The position numbers and the translations under genes were made by a program. DNA of 64,000 nt, taken from positions 170,377 to 234,376 of the IMG/VR virus record IMGVR_UViG_3300037067_015585. One strand, given 5' to 3'. Numbering within the stretch: position 1 is the first letter of the stretch; every line of letters begins with the position of its first letter. Source of the stretch: a virus (taxonomy: Duplodnaviria; Caudoviricetes). The notes beneath the pieces are model-generated. The model saw only the letters and a program-made list of their open reading frames with translations. It was not told where the DNA came from and made no database searches. Positions 42,067 to 53,386 of this stretch are shown here, one piece after another.

Positions 42067-43104
42067 ATGAAAAGAGACACAATGAAGCTGAGCGACTTAG
42101 AAACGCTATTAAAATCCGCTAAAACAGCACACGAACTTTTTGGCGATGATGTCGATGAAACCTATCGCGGATTTGCGATGATTTGCCATCCTGATCGTTT
42201 CGCTACTGATACAGATGAAATCAAGGAACACGCCAAAGAAGTCTTCCAACTTCTTGAGACTCGATACAATGAATTAAAGAAACCACCGGTAGTTTGGGCG
42301 TCATCTGAATATGGCTACCATCTCGGTCGGCAAATCGGCAAGGGCGAAATCTCAAATATTTATCTCGCTTCGCAGATTAGCGACAAGTTTGTACCAAAGG
42401 GTACGAGCAGACCTATGATTTTAAAGGTCGCACAAGCAAAAGAAGCGAACGAATATATCGACAAAGAAGCCAAGATATTAACGGATCTGCGTATCCAATC
42501 TGGAGATAGAAAATACAGCGATTATCTACCAAAACCAGTTGAAATATTTGTTCATGATGGCTTGCATGTAGCCGTACAACATCATTACGATAGATTTTTC
42601 ACGCTCAGTGAGATCATGGCTAGGCATACTAATGGTCTCAGTGGTCGGCATGTCGCGTGGATGTTTAAGCGGATTCTTACTATTATAGGATTCGCACACA
42701 CAGCGAATTACATCCACTGTGCAGTATTCCCAATGCATATTATGTTTAATGCCGATAATCATGGCTGCAAGCTAATAAGCTGGGCTGGCTGCGTTCGCTC
42801 TGAGCAGAAATTGACGGTGGTGCCAATGGCTTATAAGCCGTGGTATCCAAAGAAAGAAATTACTAAACAATATCCAGCAACACCAAGCTTGGATATTTTC
42901 TTGGCTGCGAAGTCGATGCTTGAACTGGTTAAGCTCGATAAAGAAAAAAGCATGACGCCGCAACCACTTTTGACATTTTTAGAATCATGCGTCGTTGAAA
43001 ATCCTTTACAAAGGCCACAAGACGCGTGGAAGCTGTTGGATGAATGGGATACGCTTCTTAAAAAAGTGTATGGCCCTTCAAAATACGTTATTTTGGATAT
43101 GTGA
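42067..43104 (+). CDS. J-domain plus protein-kinase-like fusion
   Basis: CHPD J-domain motif; IGKGEIS, ILKV, IHCAVFPMHIM as degenerate kinase motifs. Confidence 0.75.
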   Translation: MKRDTMKLSDLETLLKSAKTAHELFGDDVDETYRGFAMICHPDRFATDTDEIKEHAKEVFQLLETRYNELKKPPVVWASSEYGYHLGRQIGKGEISNIYLASQISDKFVPKGTSRPMILKVAQAKEANEYIDKEAKILTDLRIQSGDRKYSDYLPKPVEIFVHDGLHVAVQHHYDRFFTLSEIMARHTNGLSGRHVAWMFKRILTIIGFAHTANYIHCAVFPMHIMFNADNHGCKLISWAGCVRSEQKLTVVPMAYKPWYPKKEITKQYPATPSLDIFLAAKSMLELVKLDKEKSMTPQPLLTFLESCVVENPLQRPQDAWKLLDEWDTLLKKVYGPSKYVILDM

Positions 43105-43130
43105 TTTCCTTTTACCTTGGAGTTATTATT

Positions 43131-44111
43131 ATGGGTGGTACATGTTGGTCTAATGACCATTATAAAGATCGTGCTACTATGCGTGCGGCAACGCACACAC
43201 CGACATTCGCTTACGACGACGCGATGAAGTCGGCTCCCGCCAGTGATCGAAAAGTTCACGATACTTTGAATCCGTTTGGCGTCAAGTTTCGCGAAAGCCG
43301 CGACAGTGAAGCTCACCCGACAAGTCTCGCTATCGGCGTCTTGTTTGATGAAACAGGATCTATGGCGAGCGTCCCCGTCAAGTTTCAGCAAGCTCTGCCA
43401 CAATTGATGGGGTTGTTGATGCGAAAGGGTGTTGTTGAACATCCTCAAATCCTGATGGGTGCATTCGGCGATGCCAGTGGCGGCAGCGAGATTGCTCCGC
43501 TGCAGATCGGACAATTCGAGTCAGGTATCGAGATGGAAGATTGTTTGACCAATATCTATCTCGAAGGCATGGGTGGCGGTCAGAACACCGAGAGCTATGA
43601 ACTGGCTATGTACTTCATGGCCCGCCATACCTCAATCGACTGCTTCGAAAAGAGAAACAAGCGTGGTTATCTCTTCTTGACCGGCGACGAGTTGTATTAT
43701 CCGGAAGTCAAAGCCGATGAGGTCAAGCGGGTGATTGGTGATACGCTCCAGGGCAATATCTCAATCGAAACCATCGTTGAAGAAGTTCAACGTCTTTATG
43801 ACGTGTATTTCTTGATTCCGGCTGGGACCAGCCACTACGACTCCAGATGGCTGCTTGAAGGATGGCAAAAGATTCTCGGCCAGCAAGTTCTCCGTTTGGA
43901 TGATCCGACTGCAATCAGCGAAGTCGTTGCCAGCACGATTAGCCTTGCTGAAGGTTATGATCTTGATACCGTCGCTCGAAACCTCGACGACGCCGGTGTC
44001 TCATCAGATCGTCGTATGTCGATTACGAAGGCGTTAGTACCTCTGGCTGACACTGCTGGTCGGAAAATCGCCAAAGGGTCCGTGTCTGGGACCGGCTTGG
44101 CGATGGTTTAA
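43131..44111 (+). CDS. vWA domain protein
   Basis: FDETGSM, GD, GGGQNTESY, TGDE; start taken at MGG. Confidence 0.85.
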   Translation: MGGTCWSNDHYKDRATMRAATHTPTFAYDDAMKSAPASDRKVHDTLNPFGVKFRESRDSEAHPTSLAIGVLFDETGSMASVPVKFQQALPQLMGLLMRKGVVEHPQILMGAFGDASGGSEIAPLQIGQFESGIEMEDCLTNIYLEGMGGGQNTESYELAMYFMARHTSIDCFEKRNKRGYLFLTGDELYYPEVKADEVKRVIGDTLQGNISIETIVEEVQRLYDVYFLIPAGTSHYDSRWLLEGWQKILGQQVLRLDDPTAISEVVASTISLAEGYDLDTVARNLDDAGVSSDRRMSITKALVPLADTAGRKIAKGSVSGTGLAMV

Positions 44112-44123
44112 CAACTACCTTCG

Positions 44124-44167
44124 TCGTGCTATAATCCCAAGTCCAGCCACATGGCTGGACTTGGGAT
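44124..44167 (+). promoter_or_regulatory. Class A promoter overlapped by a 16-bp inverted repeat
   Basis: TCGTGCTATAAT (44124-44135) followed by ATCCCAAGTCCAGCCA-CA-TGGCTGGACTTGGGAT (44134-44167). Confidence 0.6.
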
Positions 44168-44186
44168 GTTTTATAACGGAGATGCC

Positions 44187-45380
44187 ATGACGAGTCGCGC
44201 TGTCATTACTGTTGGTTTAGGATTCGGTGACTGCTGCAAAGGCGCGACTGTAGACTATCTATGCAGAGAATTAAAGGCTGATTTAATTGTTCGATATAGT
44301 GGCGGCTGCCAAGCTGCGCACAACGTCATGCTCCCATCTGGAGTATCACATACTTTTAGTCAATTCGGCTCTGGAACATTTAATCATGTCCAAACATATC
44401 TCGGGCCAGATGTAATTGTTTCGCCATTATTCATGATGAATGAGGCGAATCATCTCATTCAATTAGGTTATCGGCCATACAAGCTTCTCAAAGTAGACAA
44501 GGAATGTCTAATCACAACACCATACCATCAATCATTAAACCGATTCCAAGAATTAAAAAGAGGCGATGGACGTCATGGCTCTTGTGGTATGGGTATAGGT
44601 GCCACACGCGAATATTCTTTACTCTACCCTGAGTACGCACTCAGGATGAAAGATTTACACCCGCATCATCACAATAGACTCGCTACCATTTATAAACTGC
44701 AAAAAATCAAGCAGTGGGTCAACGAAACAGCCGGTGTTGGGATTACAAATTATATAGATGTCGATGATATATATAACCATCTATATAATGCATCATGGGG
44801 TATCAACGTTGTAGACGAGATGCCAGAATTCAAGATGGCTGTCTTCGAAGGAGCACAGGGTATTCTACTAGATGAAAACTACGGCTATCACCCACATACC
44901 ACATGGTCAACGGTGAATACGAAACGTGCGTGGGAATTGCTTCAAAATAAAGATGTTGAAGTTCATGTGATGGGATGCACAAGGCCATATATGACGCGAC
45001 ATGGTGCTGGTACATTTCTTTCGTATGATGAAGGGCTATCTAACAGACTATCCGTAATAGCTGATGCCGAGAATCCAAAAAATGAATGGCAAGGGCACGT
45101 ACGTTATGGATTATTAGATTTAAATGTATTGGCATACTCAAAGGCAGCGTTGGGTAGCAAGATGCATAGTGTATCTATGAGTTGTGTTGATCACATCGGA
45201 GAATCGATACCGATTATCGACACAGCAGAAGATGCAATTGAAACCGATCAAGCTGAATTGGGCAAAAGAATTGAACAAGTGCTTGCTCCGATTTCAGTTA
45301 TAGGCGCAGGTAAAAGCTACGCAGATCGCAGCATGACTCAACTGTCATGGCATAGTTTGAAAGATACAATAGAGGAATAA
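44187..45380 (+). CDS. Adenylosuccinate synthetase-like protein (Asp-type P loop)
   Basis: GLGFGDCCKG, RYSGGCQAAH, HGSCGMGI, FEGAQG, TRHGAG. Confidence 0.85.
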   Translation: MTSRAVITVGLGFGDCCKGATVDYLCRELKADLIVRYSGGCQAAHNVMLPSGVSHTFSQFGSGTFNHVQTYLGPDVIVSPLFMMNEANHLIQLGYRPYKLLKVDKECLITTPYHQSLNRFQELKRGDGRHGSCGMGIGATREYSLLYPEYALRMKDLHPHHHNRLATIYKLQKIKQWVNETAGVGITNYIDVDDIYNHLYNASWGINVVDEMPEFKMAVFEGAQGILLDENYGYHPHTTWSTVNTKRAWELLQNKDVEVHVMGCTRPYMTRHGAGTFLSYDEGLSNRLSVIADAENPKNEWQGHVRYGLLDLNVLAYSKAALGSKMHSVSMSCVDHIGESIPIIDTAEDAIETDQAELGKRIEQVLAPISVIGAGKSYADRSMTQLSWHSLKDTIEE

Positions 45381-47807
45381 TAATGGCTAGAGATTTACGA
45401 TCATCACTCGCAAAAGCACGCGATATATGGCTTGAATCGGACGAAGGGCACCGATGCTGCGATGGGACACCAACGGGAGTATTTCTTAAAAACAGAATTG
45501 AAGCCGCCTTTTTGGCTGGTGCGACCACAGCAGAAACCGAAGCAAATGAAAAGATTGCAAAAGTCAAAGAACAAATAAAACTATTAGTTGATTCTCTATG
45601 ACTCCAGATGAATTATTTAAAGCTGCGAAGGCACTCGCTGAAACTGCCGAAACGTGGGCAGATTTATCGAATGAACTGTTCGACCCAGTTGATGGTTTGA
45701 TAACACAGGCATACCCAAGGAAAGAAGATCGTACTGCGTTCACAGAAACTAAAACATATCACGATATCAGATTGATTGTTGACGAAGTTATGGATCGTAC
45801 TGGTATCATCGAAGGCGCAACACCAAAGAAGAAAAATGGCAAATCATAATATTTTGCGTAAAGCTGCTTTGGATGCAATACAGGCAGTGTTTTCTGATCG
45901 ATCAGTATCTCAACGCGACACTTTGCATTCTTTGCGCGACATACGCGACGATCTTGAAATATTGATCGACGCCGTTGAATCAGATTTACGCAATAAGATA
46001 CAAGAGGAAGAATGATGCTATCTACATTACCAATTCTGACAGAACAGTTTCAGAGAGAAAAAATTGACGAATTATTGGCACAGTGCACGCCAAAGCAACA
46101 AGAACTATTCAAAAGGTGTTTTCCAGGTGGTATAAAAGAATATCAACTTGGAGACGCATATGCTTTATGTGAAAGAACTGTAAGGCAGAATAAACGTGAA
46201 GCTAAGACTGGCAATTAAAATCCAAAGGTTCTTCGAAGAACCAATCAAACGAAACGGTCGCCTCAGGCACAGGGGCATCTATTGCCCATACAACCATACA
46301 CAATACAAAAAATCTATTGTCGCCTGCAATCGGCGTTGGATGGATGATCGAATACCTTACATCCCGTCAGATAGAGAATTAGAAGAGCGTGAAGAAATGC
46401 AAATCTGTATGTTATCAGATCTATTGATCGATGATACAGATAAACGGGAAAAGTTCAAGGAAGATGCTCTAAAAGAACTTGACGATGCAAGACAATAGAA
46501 ATCCATTATATGATCCGAGACCTGGTGATATCGTCGAAGCGACGATCGATACGGAAGTCATGGTGCGTCTAGTCACAATGGTCATCGAAGATACGGTGCG
46601 ATTGGTCGTGTTCGACACATTTCAAGAGGGTAAGTTGTATTCGTCAGACAAATCGTCAATATTTTTATGGCGAGCGTGGTGTGAAGATAATGCTGCTATA
46701 GTCACACAATTGGGTGATCATGAGTAATATTTATGTTCTTGAGGGCTCGCAGCCGTATACAGCTACCGCACTGGTCTACGAACTAGATCTTGAAACGAAT
46801 AATTATCTATATTTAAAATCTTACGGTACCATTATTAAAAAGGCAAAGAACACACCTAACTTTAAATGGTATCGTTCTGAAGAAGAATTGCGGGTGGCGT
46901 GTAGAAAATGGATAGATGATACGATTGAGGCCATGGAAAACAAATTGACGCGCCTCCGTGCGATCAACGATATTAAAATCAATGAGGTGTCACCAAATAT
47001 TGGTGCACACAATCCGAAAGAGATCAAAGTATAATGCCGTCAGAAGCGTTTAATGCTCGACTAGAGGAACTCGTATTACAATCAACTGAAGAATCTTTGC
47101 GCAGATCTGCAGCTGATCGAGAAGCAGCAGAAATTGCGCGTGATACAGCTAAGATATGGATGGAATTGGCAAAGATTAAATCTGAGATTGATAAACTAGA
47201 GAGCGAGGAAAGACTAAAAATAACCCAAATGATGCATGAGGGGTACCGTGAATATCAGCGTCCATCGCGGCAATTAGGAGTAGAGATAAGACACGAAGAT
47301 GATTTGTGGATTGCTGAGCTTGGCGGTATAAAAGCTACCGGAGATACTCCAGCTATGGCTGCATCAGAATTTGACCACATTTGGGTATTCGGTGATGTAT
47401 GATCGGCGTCAGAGACCAATCAATATCTGATTATAAATGGTGGTTTTCTGAATTCGCTGAATTTGAAGATTTCGTTGGCATCGGTGAAGATCGTGCATTA
47501 ACTCTTGCTATTGAACTAGATAATGTTGGGTATCCGCAAGTGTGTATAGAAAGAATGCTTGTGGCCAATGGCTTAAGCGTTGATAATCTCATTAAATATT
47601 GCGACAGGTTGAGAAATGAAGATAAGCGAAATCAAAAAGGGTGAGACATATCTATGCACTAATGGGGCATATAGACGTATCCTGTTTACATGGCCGAACG
47701 GCGATGTTGCCTATGCAGCATGGATGAGGGATAAGGCTGGCCAGATGGTTCGCAAGACTTGGATAGCTGGCAATTGCACCATGAAACACTTTGCGCGATG
47801 GGCAGTA

Positions 47808-48725
47808 TCAAAAGTCTCCGGGTAATGCAGCCATTTCGCCTTCGCTTAGACCTTCAACGCCAGCGAACATAGCATATACATCTTCGTTGCTTTTTGAACC
47901 GCTATAGGCTTTCAAATAATCATCAAAATCGTTAACCAATAACGATAACATAACTTTATTTAATTCATTCTTAGATATTGATCTCTGACCTACTGTGTTG
48001 TTGTGTTCCCACTTTACACTGTTCAACCTACGAACAACATCATCAGCATCATCGTGAAATAGGTTTATGTAATAGTGTGATGTTGCTGACTGCGACAACT
48101 TGCGCGATGCCTTTCCAGCATACATACCGACCCTTCTGACGCAAAAATCTGCGTTTGCGCGGACTATGTTCGCAACATAAGAAAAGCCGACTGGTGCAAA
48201 GCGATCGGGCTTAGGTCGTGGTTCATACTTATTTTCCCAAATTTGAAACACCACAGGGACCTTCTGTACTTTATCATCGAGTAATGCGTTTTCTAATGGA
48301 ACGTCAACCTGTTTTATTAGATGATAATTTCGCGGCACTCTTTCTTGCATGCTTTCTTTCTTGTATGACAGCGGTAAGATAAAAGCGATTGTATCTGCAA
48401 ACTCACAGCATTTCTTGATAAATGCAAGTGCTAAAGAGCCATTTGGGCCGAAGGGCGGATTACCTATGCATAGTATATTTCTTCGGTTAACATCACCAGT
48501 ATAATGCATTTGTAGAAAATCAGCTTCAATGATTGAGTGATGCTTTGGGTGTATGTCGTATGCTTTACAGCCGTCGATTTGAATAGAAAAAGCACCATCG
48601 CCAGCTGAAGGTTCGATTATTAATTTAAATCTTGATAAATCACCAACCTCACCAATTAACTTCTCGGCTATCTCCGGCATAGTAAAGAAAGTACACTGTT
48701 CACTTTTTCTAATATGTATTCCCAT
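47808..48725 (-). CDS. DNA adenine methyltransferase (gamma-type order)
   Basis: IEPSAGDG motif I, GNPPFG motif IV, IAFILP. Confidence 0.85.
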   Translation of the reverse strand: MGIHIRKSEQCTFFTMPEIAEKLIGEVGDLSRFKLIIEPSAGDGAFSIQIDGCKAYDIHPKHHSIIEADFLQMHYTGDVNRRNILCIGNPPFGPNGSLALAFIKKCCEFADTIAFILPLSYKKESMQERVPRNYHLIKQVDVPLENALLDDKVQKVPVVFQIWENKYEPRPKPDRFAPVGFSYVANIVRANADFCVRRVGMYAGKASRKLSQSATSHYYINLFHDDADDVVRRLNSVKWEHNNTVGQRSISKNELNKVMLSLLVNDFDDYLKAYSGSKSNEDVYAMFAGVEGLSEGEMAALPGDF

Positions 48726-48743
48726 ATGTATTTAAATACATAT
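48724..48743. promoter_or_regulatory. 20-bp perfect palindrome made of two back-to-back class-B motifs (GTATTTAA)
   Basis: ATATGTATTTAAATACATAT between divergent start codons at 48725 and 48745. Confidence 0.65.
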
Positions 48744-50063
48744 CATGAAACATACAGCTACACCGTGGAAAGCGAAAAGCACAAAAACAGACAGCAGTTT
48801 CTCAGCTAATTGGCGAGAAATTTACGCTGGCAATAGGCCCATTGTTAGTGCCGCATCTTATGATTCTTACAATACAGGTGATGATGGTACAACATGTGGT
48901 GTTTGTATTAGCGAAGATGACGCTAATTTCATCACTCATGCTTGCAATTGCCATGAGGATCTGCTAAGATCACTCAAGCTACTTCTTAGTGATATTGAAG
49001 CCGATCCGATGTCATCGGCTTATTTTGATTTGCGTCATATCAAAGCAGCACAAGAAGCAGTCATGAAGGCGGATCAATAAACTCGAATTTTGATGTCAGT
49101 TTACCGTTGATTTTCACCTTCTCTGCTAGCATCACAGCAAATTGTATTGCTGGACTAACCAACAGTTTTCTACCAGTCGTATAGACAACCATTTGGTCTA
49201 TAATACCAGCATATTCTGCGATTCCGAGGACGGTATATATCACACCGTCTAGAGAGCGGTAGGTGCCGGTCTTGATTGCTGATCCACTGCCGACTAATTT
49301 CATCGTGTGTGATCCTCCAACTGATATTTGTTGGAGGTACACGTTTACTCCGTCGCTTTCACAATTTCATCAATATCGGCACGGTACCCAGGCAAATCGC
49401 CAGAAAGTGCCTTTAATATCTTACCAACTTTCATATCTTGATCATCATCCCAATAGCCAAACGCTTCTGCGGCGATGCTCTTAACAGATTGTAATAATCT
49501 TTTCTCTTCAGATTTTATATTTGTCATATCGATGATCTTCAACCATTTTGTTGTCAGATAGCGTTTGTGCGACCGTCTCCGACATAAATGCCCACTCATC
49601 ACGATTAAGTAATCGAGACCATTTATCCGATCGCATAGTTACGCTTGGGATATTATCTGTAGCGGAAATGATGATCTCAAACTTGCCAGCTTTCTTGGTT
49701 ACACCATCAGCCTTTAATATCGATAATTTCTGTTCAGCGAACGATTCACGACCAATTGAATCCTTTAGTGTAAGATATGCAATACCCTTTCTGATGGTAT
49801 TGATGTGCCCAAGTAGTACTGCCTGCTTAGGTTGAGATAATACTACTTCCTTTTGTGCACTCTCAGCGTCTTGATCTTCCTCATCTCGCTCTTCTTGTGT
49901 GTCGTCGTCATCAACATCATCATCGATACCAAAAAGCATCATAACTCCCTTGTTTAATTGTTGTTAATTCAAATACAGTCGCAGCATAACTGAAAAGAAA
50001 ATACTCTAGAAAATCGCTAGGTCATCATCAAACATAGTAAATAGTGGTGATTAGGAGCACATC

Positions 50064-50567
50064 ATGTACAAATTTTTTAATTGGCTTTGGCATGGACGTC
50101 ATAAACGGAGGGCTATGTGCTTTCGGTGGCATATTGGTCCTATCGAAACCTCACCGATTGGAGATTCTGTGATGTCATTGATATTAAAGGATACTCAGCG
50201 GGTAACAGTCACCGTGTCACCGATTGATGCCAAAGGCAATCCTGCGGTGCTCGATGCAGCCCCAGTTTGGGGAGTTGTTGGCCCATCAATTCTCACACTT
50301 GTTACGTCGGATGACGGGTTAACAACTGTCGCAACCGCAACAGGTGCACTTGGTACAACTCAAATTACCGTCACAGCCGATGCTGGTGATGGGACTATTT
50401 CTGGACTGTTGGATGTTCAGGTTGTTGGTAGCGATGCCGTTAGCCTGAACATTACCGCTGGTGTACCAGAAGAAGTTCCAACGCCGTCAGTTGCAGACAC
50501 GACACCAGTTGCAGACACGACTGCTGCGGACACGACACCTGCTGCGGACACGACACCATCAGCTTAA
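50064..50567 (+). CDS. Ig-like beta-sandwich protein with ADTTP repeat tail
   Basis: PIDAKGNP, Thr/Val-rich strands, four ADTT repeats. Confidence 0.6.
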   Translation: MYKFFNWLWHGRHKRRAMCFRWHIGPIETSPIGDSVMSLILKDTQRVTVTVSPIDAKGNPAVLDAAPVWGVVGPSILTLVTSDDGLTTVATATGALGTTQITVTADAGDGTISGLLDVQVVGSDAVSLNITAGVPEEVPTPSVADTTPVADTTAADTTPAADTTPSA

Positions 50568-50588
50568 TTAACTAGCTGGTATTAGCAT

Positions 50589-50619
50589 ACTGCCCCATTA
50601 GTATATCTCATGGGGCAGT
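50589..50619. terminator. Inverted repeat between convergent genes
   Basis: ACTGCCCCAT...ATGGGGCAGT. Confidence 0.65.
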
Positions 50620-51410
50620 TGCGTATCAGAATTCCATTGGTAGCTCGACAACGTTTTTACGTTTTGGGTGATCATATTCTTTGTGTTCTTTTGGCGGCAA
50701 TTTCGTAAACTGAACAGTAATACCAATTCTATCGCCCTTTTCAGGCAAGCGACCTTCCATAAATTGTTCGATAGAATATGATTGTTCGAGCAACTCGCCG
50801 TCGATTTCAAGAACTAATGTAACGTGGCTATTCGAAACATCTATGACCTCACCTTCACAAGATTCGACAAGGCATGTGCCTCGATCTAATAACTCACTCA
50901 TTATTTAGCCTCACTATAAGCCCAAGCAGCAAAATATTTTAAAGTGCATACGCCAGTATCTTGACTGTGGCGTATCTTTCGAGGATCACTATCTACAATC
51001 CGCCATTGAACATTCTCGCCAGTAATATGTTCAGCGAGTTTTTTCGTTCCATTGCATCCTTCGTAAATAATACCCTCTTTAATTGCCATCCACTTCATTA
51101 TTGCGCTCTCCATTTCAATTATAGCACAAGCAAACCTTCTTTGTAACCAGTACTACCAATGGTATTTTATCACTATGAGCGATACTACTGGATATTCTGC
51201 GAAAGATATTTTCAAACTCTCACAGTCATTGGCTGATGATCCAGAGTTGCGTAAAAAAGTAGAAGCTGAAATACAGGCTGAAATGGCAGATGGGGAGTCA
51301 TTTTATATCGACTCATATGGATACTGCCATACATATACACCAGTATTGCGGTCGAAAGTTGCCGATGGTCGGGTAGAAATTATAACCAACGATGTATTCA
51401 AGGGATAATT

Positions 51411-52220
51411 ATGAATTATTGGGAAATAGTTAAACCGACATATATCGAAAATTGGGAACCGGCGCTACATTCCTTAAGTATCGCATCGATAGATATACCA
51501 TTAACTGTGGATGATGCTAAGTGTCTTGGATCGAACATCATCGAGTATGGCGAAGCATTTGGTCGTATGTCTGACATATCAGGCATTAGCTCCAAGGTAT
51601 CTTCCGCTGTCGAGAAAATGCCATCTGGTGCTTTTGTCCGTTTGGGCAGCCGTTCTCCTAAAGACTCTTGGATGATGCACGAAGAAGGCGGGAAGGTGCT
51701 TCCTGGTGAAGATCCATTGCGTTTCATACTAGACTGCTCAGAACGCATTTATGAAGATTTAATATTATCGATACAACAATCATATAATCCCCATATTTGG
51801 GTGCGGCAGTGGGTCGATATTCCCAAATGGTCCGAGTTTCGATGCTTTATGCGGAATCGCAAATTGGCGGGAATTTCTCAGTATTATTATGACGAAGAAT
51901 TTCCAGAAATTGATGCCGATATGTTCGAATGGGCTATACAAGAGTTTTTTGATCTATTTCTAAAAGCCACGAAGATGGAATCTGTGGTATTTGATGTTTA
52001 TATCAAACTAAGAAAAGTGAGACCAAATATAAGAGATATCGAAGTAAAGCTCCTAGAAATTAATCCATTCTTCGAATTGACCGATCCATGTTTGTTCTCG
52101 TGGCACAATCAACAATCCTTTAATGGATCTTTCAAATATAAAAAGATAGAACGTGGTGCATCTGGACCATTTGACGGAGCTAACAATGGACATCATCGCT
52201 CGGCGTGTGGCGGACTATGA
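51411..52220 (+). CDS. CDC123/R2K-type ATP-grasp protein
   Basis: FVRLGSRSPKD, EFRCF, ISQY, VFDV, LLEINPF. Confidence 0.8.
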   Translation: MNYWEIVKPTYIENWEPALHSLSIASIDIPLTVDDAKCLGSNIIEYGEAFGRMSDISGISSKVSSAVEKMPSGAFVRLGSRSPKDSWMMHEEGGKVLPGEDPLRFILDCSERIYEDLILSIQQSYNPHIWVRQWVDIPKWSEFRCFMRNRKLAGISQYYYDEEFPEIDADMFEWAIQEFFDLFLKATKMESVVFDVYIKLRKVRPNIRDIEVKLLEINPFFELTDPCLFSWHNQQSFNGSFKYKKIERGASGPFDGANNGHHRSACGGL

Positions 52221-52720
52221 GCACCTAGAGAATCCTGGTGATTATATTGTTTATGACGAAGAGAACGTAAAGCAGATAACGTTCTTGTGTCCGTGCGGCT
52301 GTGGTGATCTTGGCAGTGTCAATATCAACCAATCTGACCCATATTGTTGGAAATGGAATGGTGATAAAGATAAACCAACGACGACACCGAGCATTAAACA
52401 ACTAAGCTGCGGTTGGCACGGCTATCTAACAGATGGTATCTTCAAGACAGTTTAGGTGATATATGTTGGTCGAGATACCAGATTTGCTTATTGCAAAACT
52501 GAGAAACAATGTTGGTATAATATCAGTCGAATCAGTTGAGTCTAATGCTGAACGAAGCTGGGGTGATTGTTCAGTATATTACAATAGTTTTCTGAAATTC
52601 AACGATCATATTGATACTGGAAGTAGCACAAATACAGATAGCTTGCAAGAAATAGCAAAGGCTATGAATCAATTAATAAAAATAATTGATTCAACAACGG
52701 TTGCAGATTATCAAATCTGA

Positions 52721-53386
52721 TTAGTGTGATTCGATTTGAATTACTGGTGCATTATTCTCAAGAAGGCTCTTTCCTTCTTGAAGCGATTTGACACCAATCT
52801 CATTAATGCGATGCAAGAAGAATGCCTCAACAGATGTTTTGGCATCGGTCGTCACCTTGTCCATCGACTCATTGAATTGGCTTTGAACAAACGGTAAGTT
52901 AGATGAGAGGTTCGTTGCCAGTCTTTGAAGAACTTCAATGAGATTCTTACAATCAGACTTTCTAATTGTTTTTTGATCCAGCAAATTGCGTGCTTCTTCA
53001 ACGAGATCATAAGCCGCTTTTGTTGATTCTTTGCATGTGTCGGCGAACTCGTCTTCAAACCGTTGTCGAACGGTTTCTTCCGGACAATCTTCAACGCCAT
53101 GATTGTTGATTCGGCGAATAGTGCACGGAATTCCATCGCCGACATTGAGCGTCGTTATGGCTTCTGCGAATTGCATCGGACTTAGTTCAATTTCGATGAG
53201 AGTTTCACCGCCGAAATAGTGATCATAATTCAAATCTCGCAATTTTGTGGCACGTTTGACGGTCATGACAACCGTATTTCGGTGCTTGACTGACGACCCA
53301 AACAGGTTGAGTCCGGGCGAATTTGAAGTTCGCGAGAAACCAAGCATACCAAAACTTTCATGTTCTTCTTGTGTTTTCTTTCCCAT
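52721..53386 (-). CDS. Conserved hypothetical phage protein
   Basis: LFGS, LSPMQFAEAIT, GDGIPCT. Confidence 0.65.
   Translation of the reverse strand: MGKKTQEEHESFGMLGFSRTSNSPGLNLFGSSVKHRNTVVMTVKRATKLRDLNYDHYFGGETLIEIELSPMQFAEAITTLNVGDGIPCTIRRINNHGVEDCPEETVRQRFEDEFADTCKESTKAAYDLVEEARNLLDQKTIRKSDCKNLIEVLQRLATNLSSNLPFVQSQFNESMDKVTTDAKTSVEAFFLHRINEIGVKSLQEGKSLLENNAPVIQIESH

Noticed and set aside
42831-43514. 227-aa minus-strand ORF and similar antisense ORFs in the track
   Set aside because: They lie opposite well-supported genes and show no recognisable motifs
45598-45849. Self-target of the MTP[DE][DE]RV guide (ORF begins MTPDEL)
   Set aside because: Only the first five dinucleotides match before divergence; the MTase at 47808 (IEPSAGDG) likewise does not match the VLDPY guide
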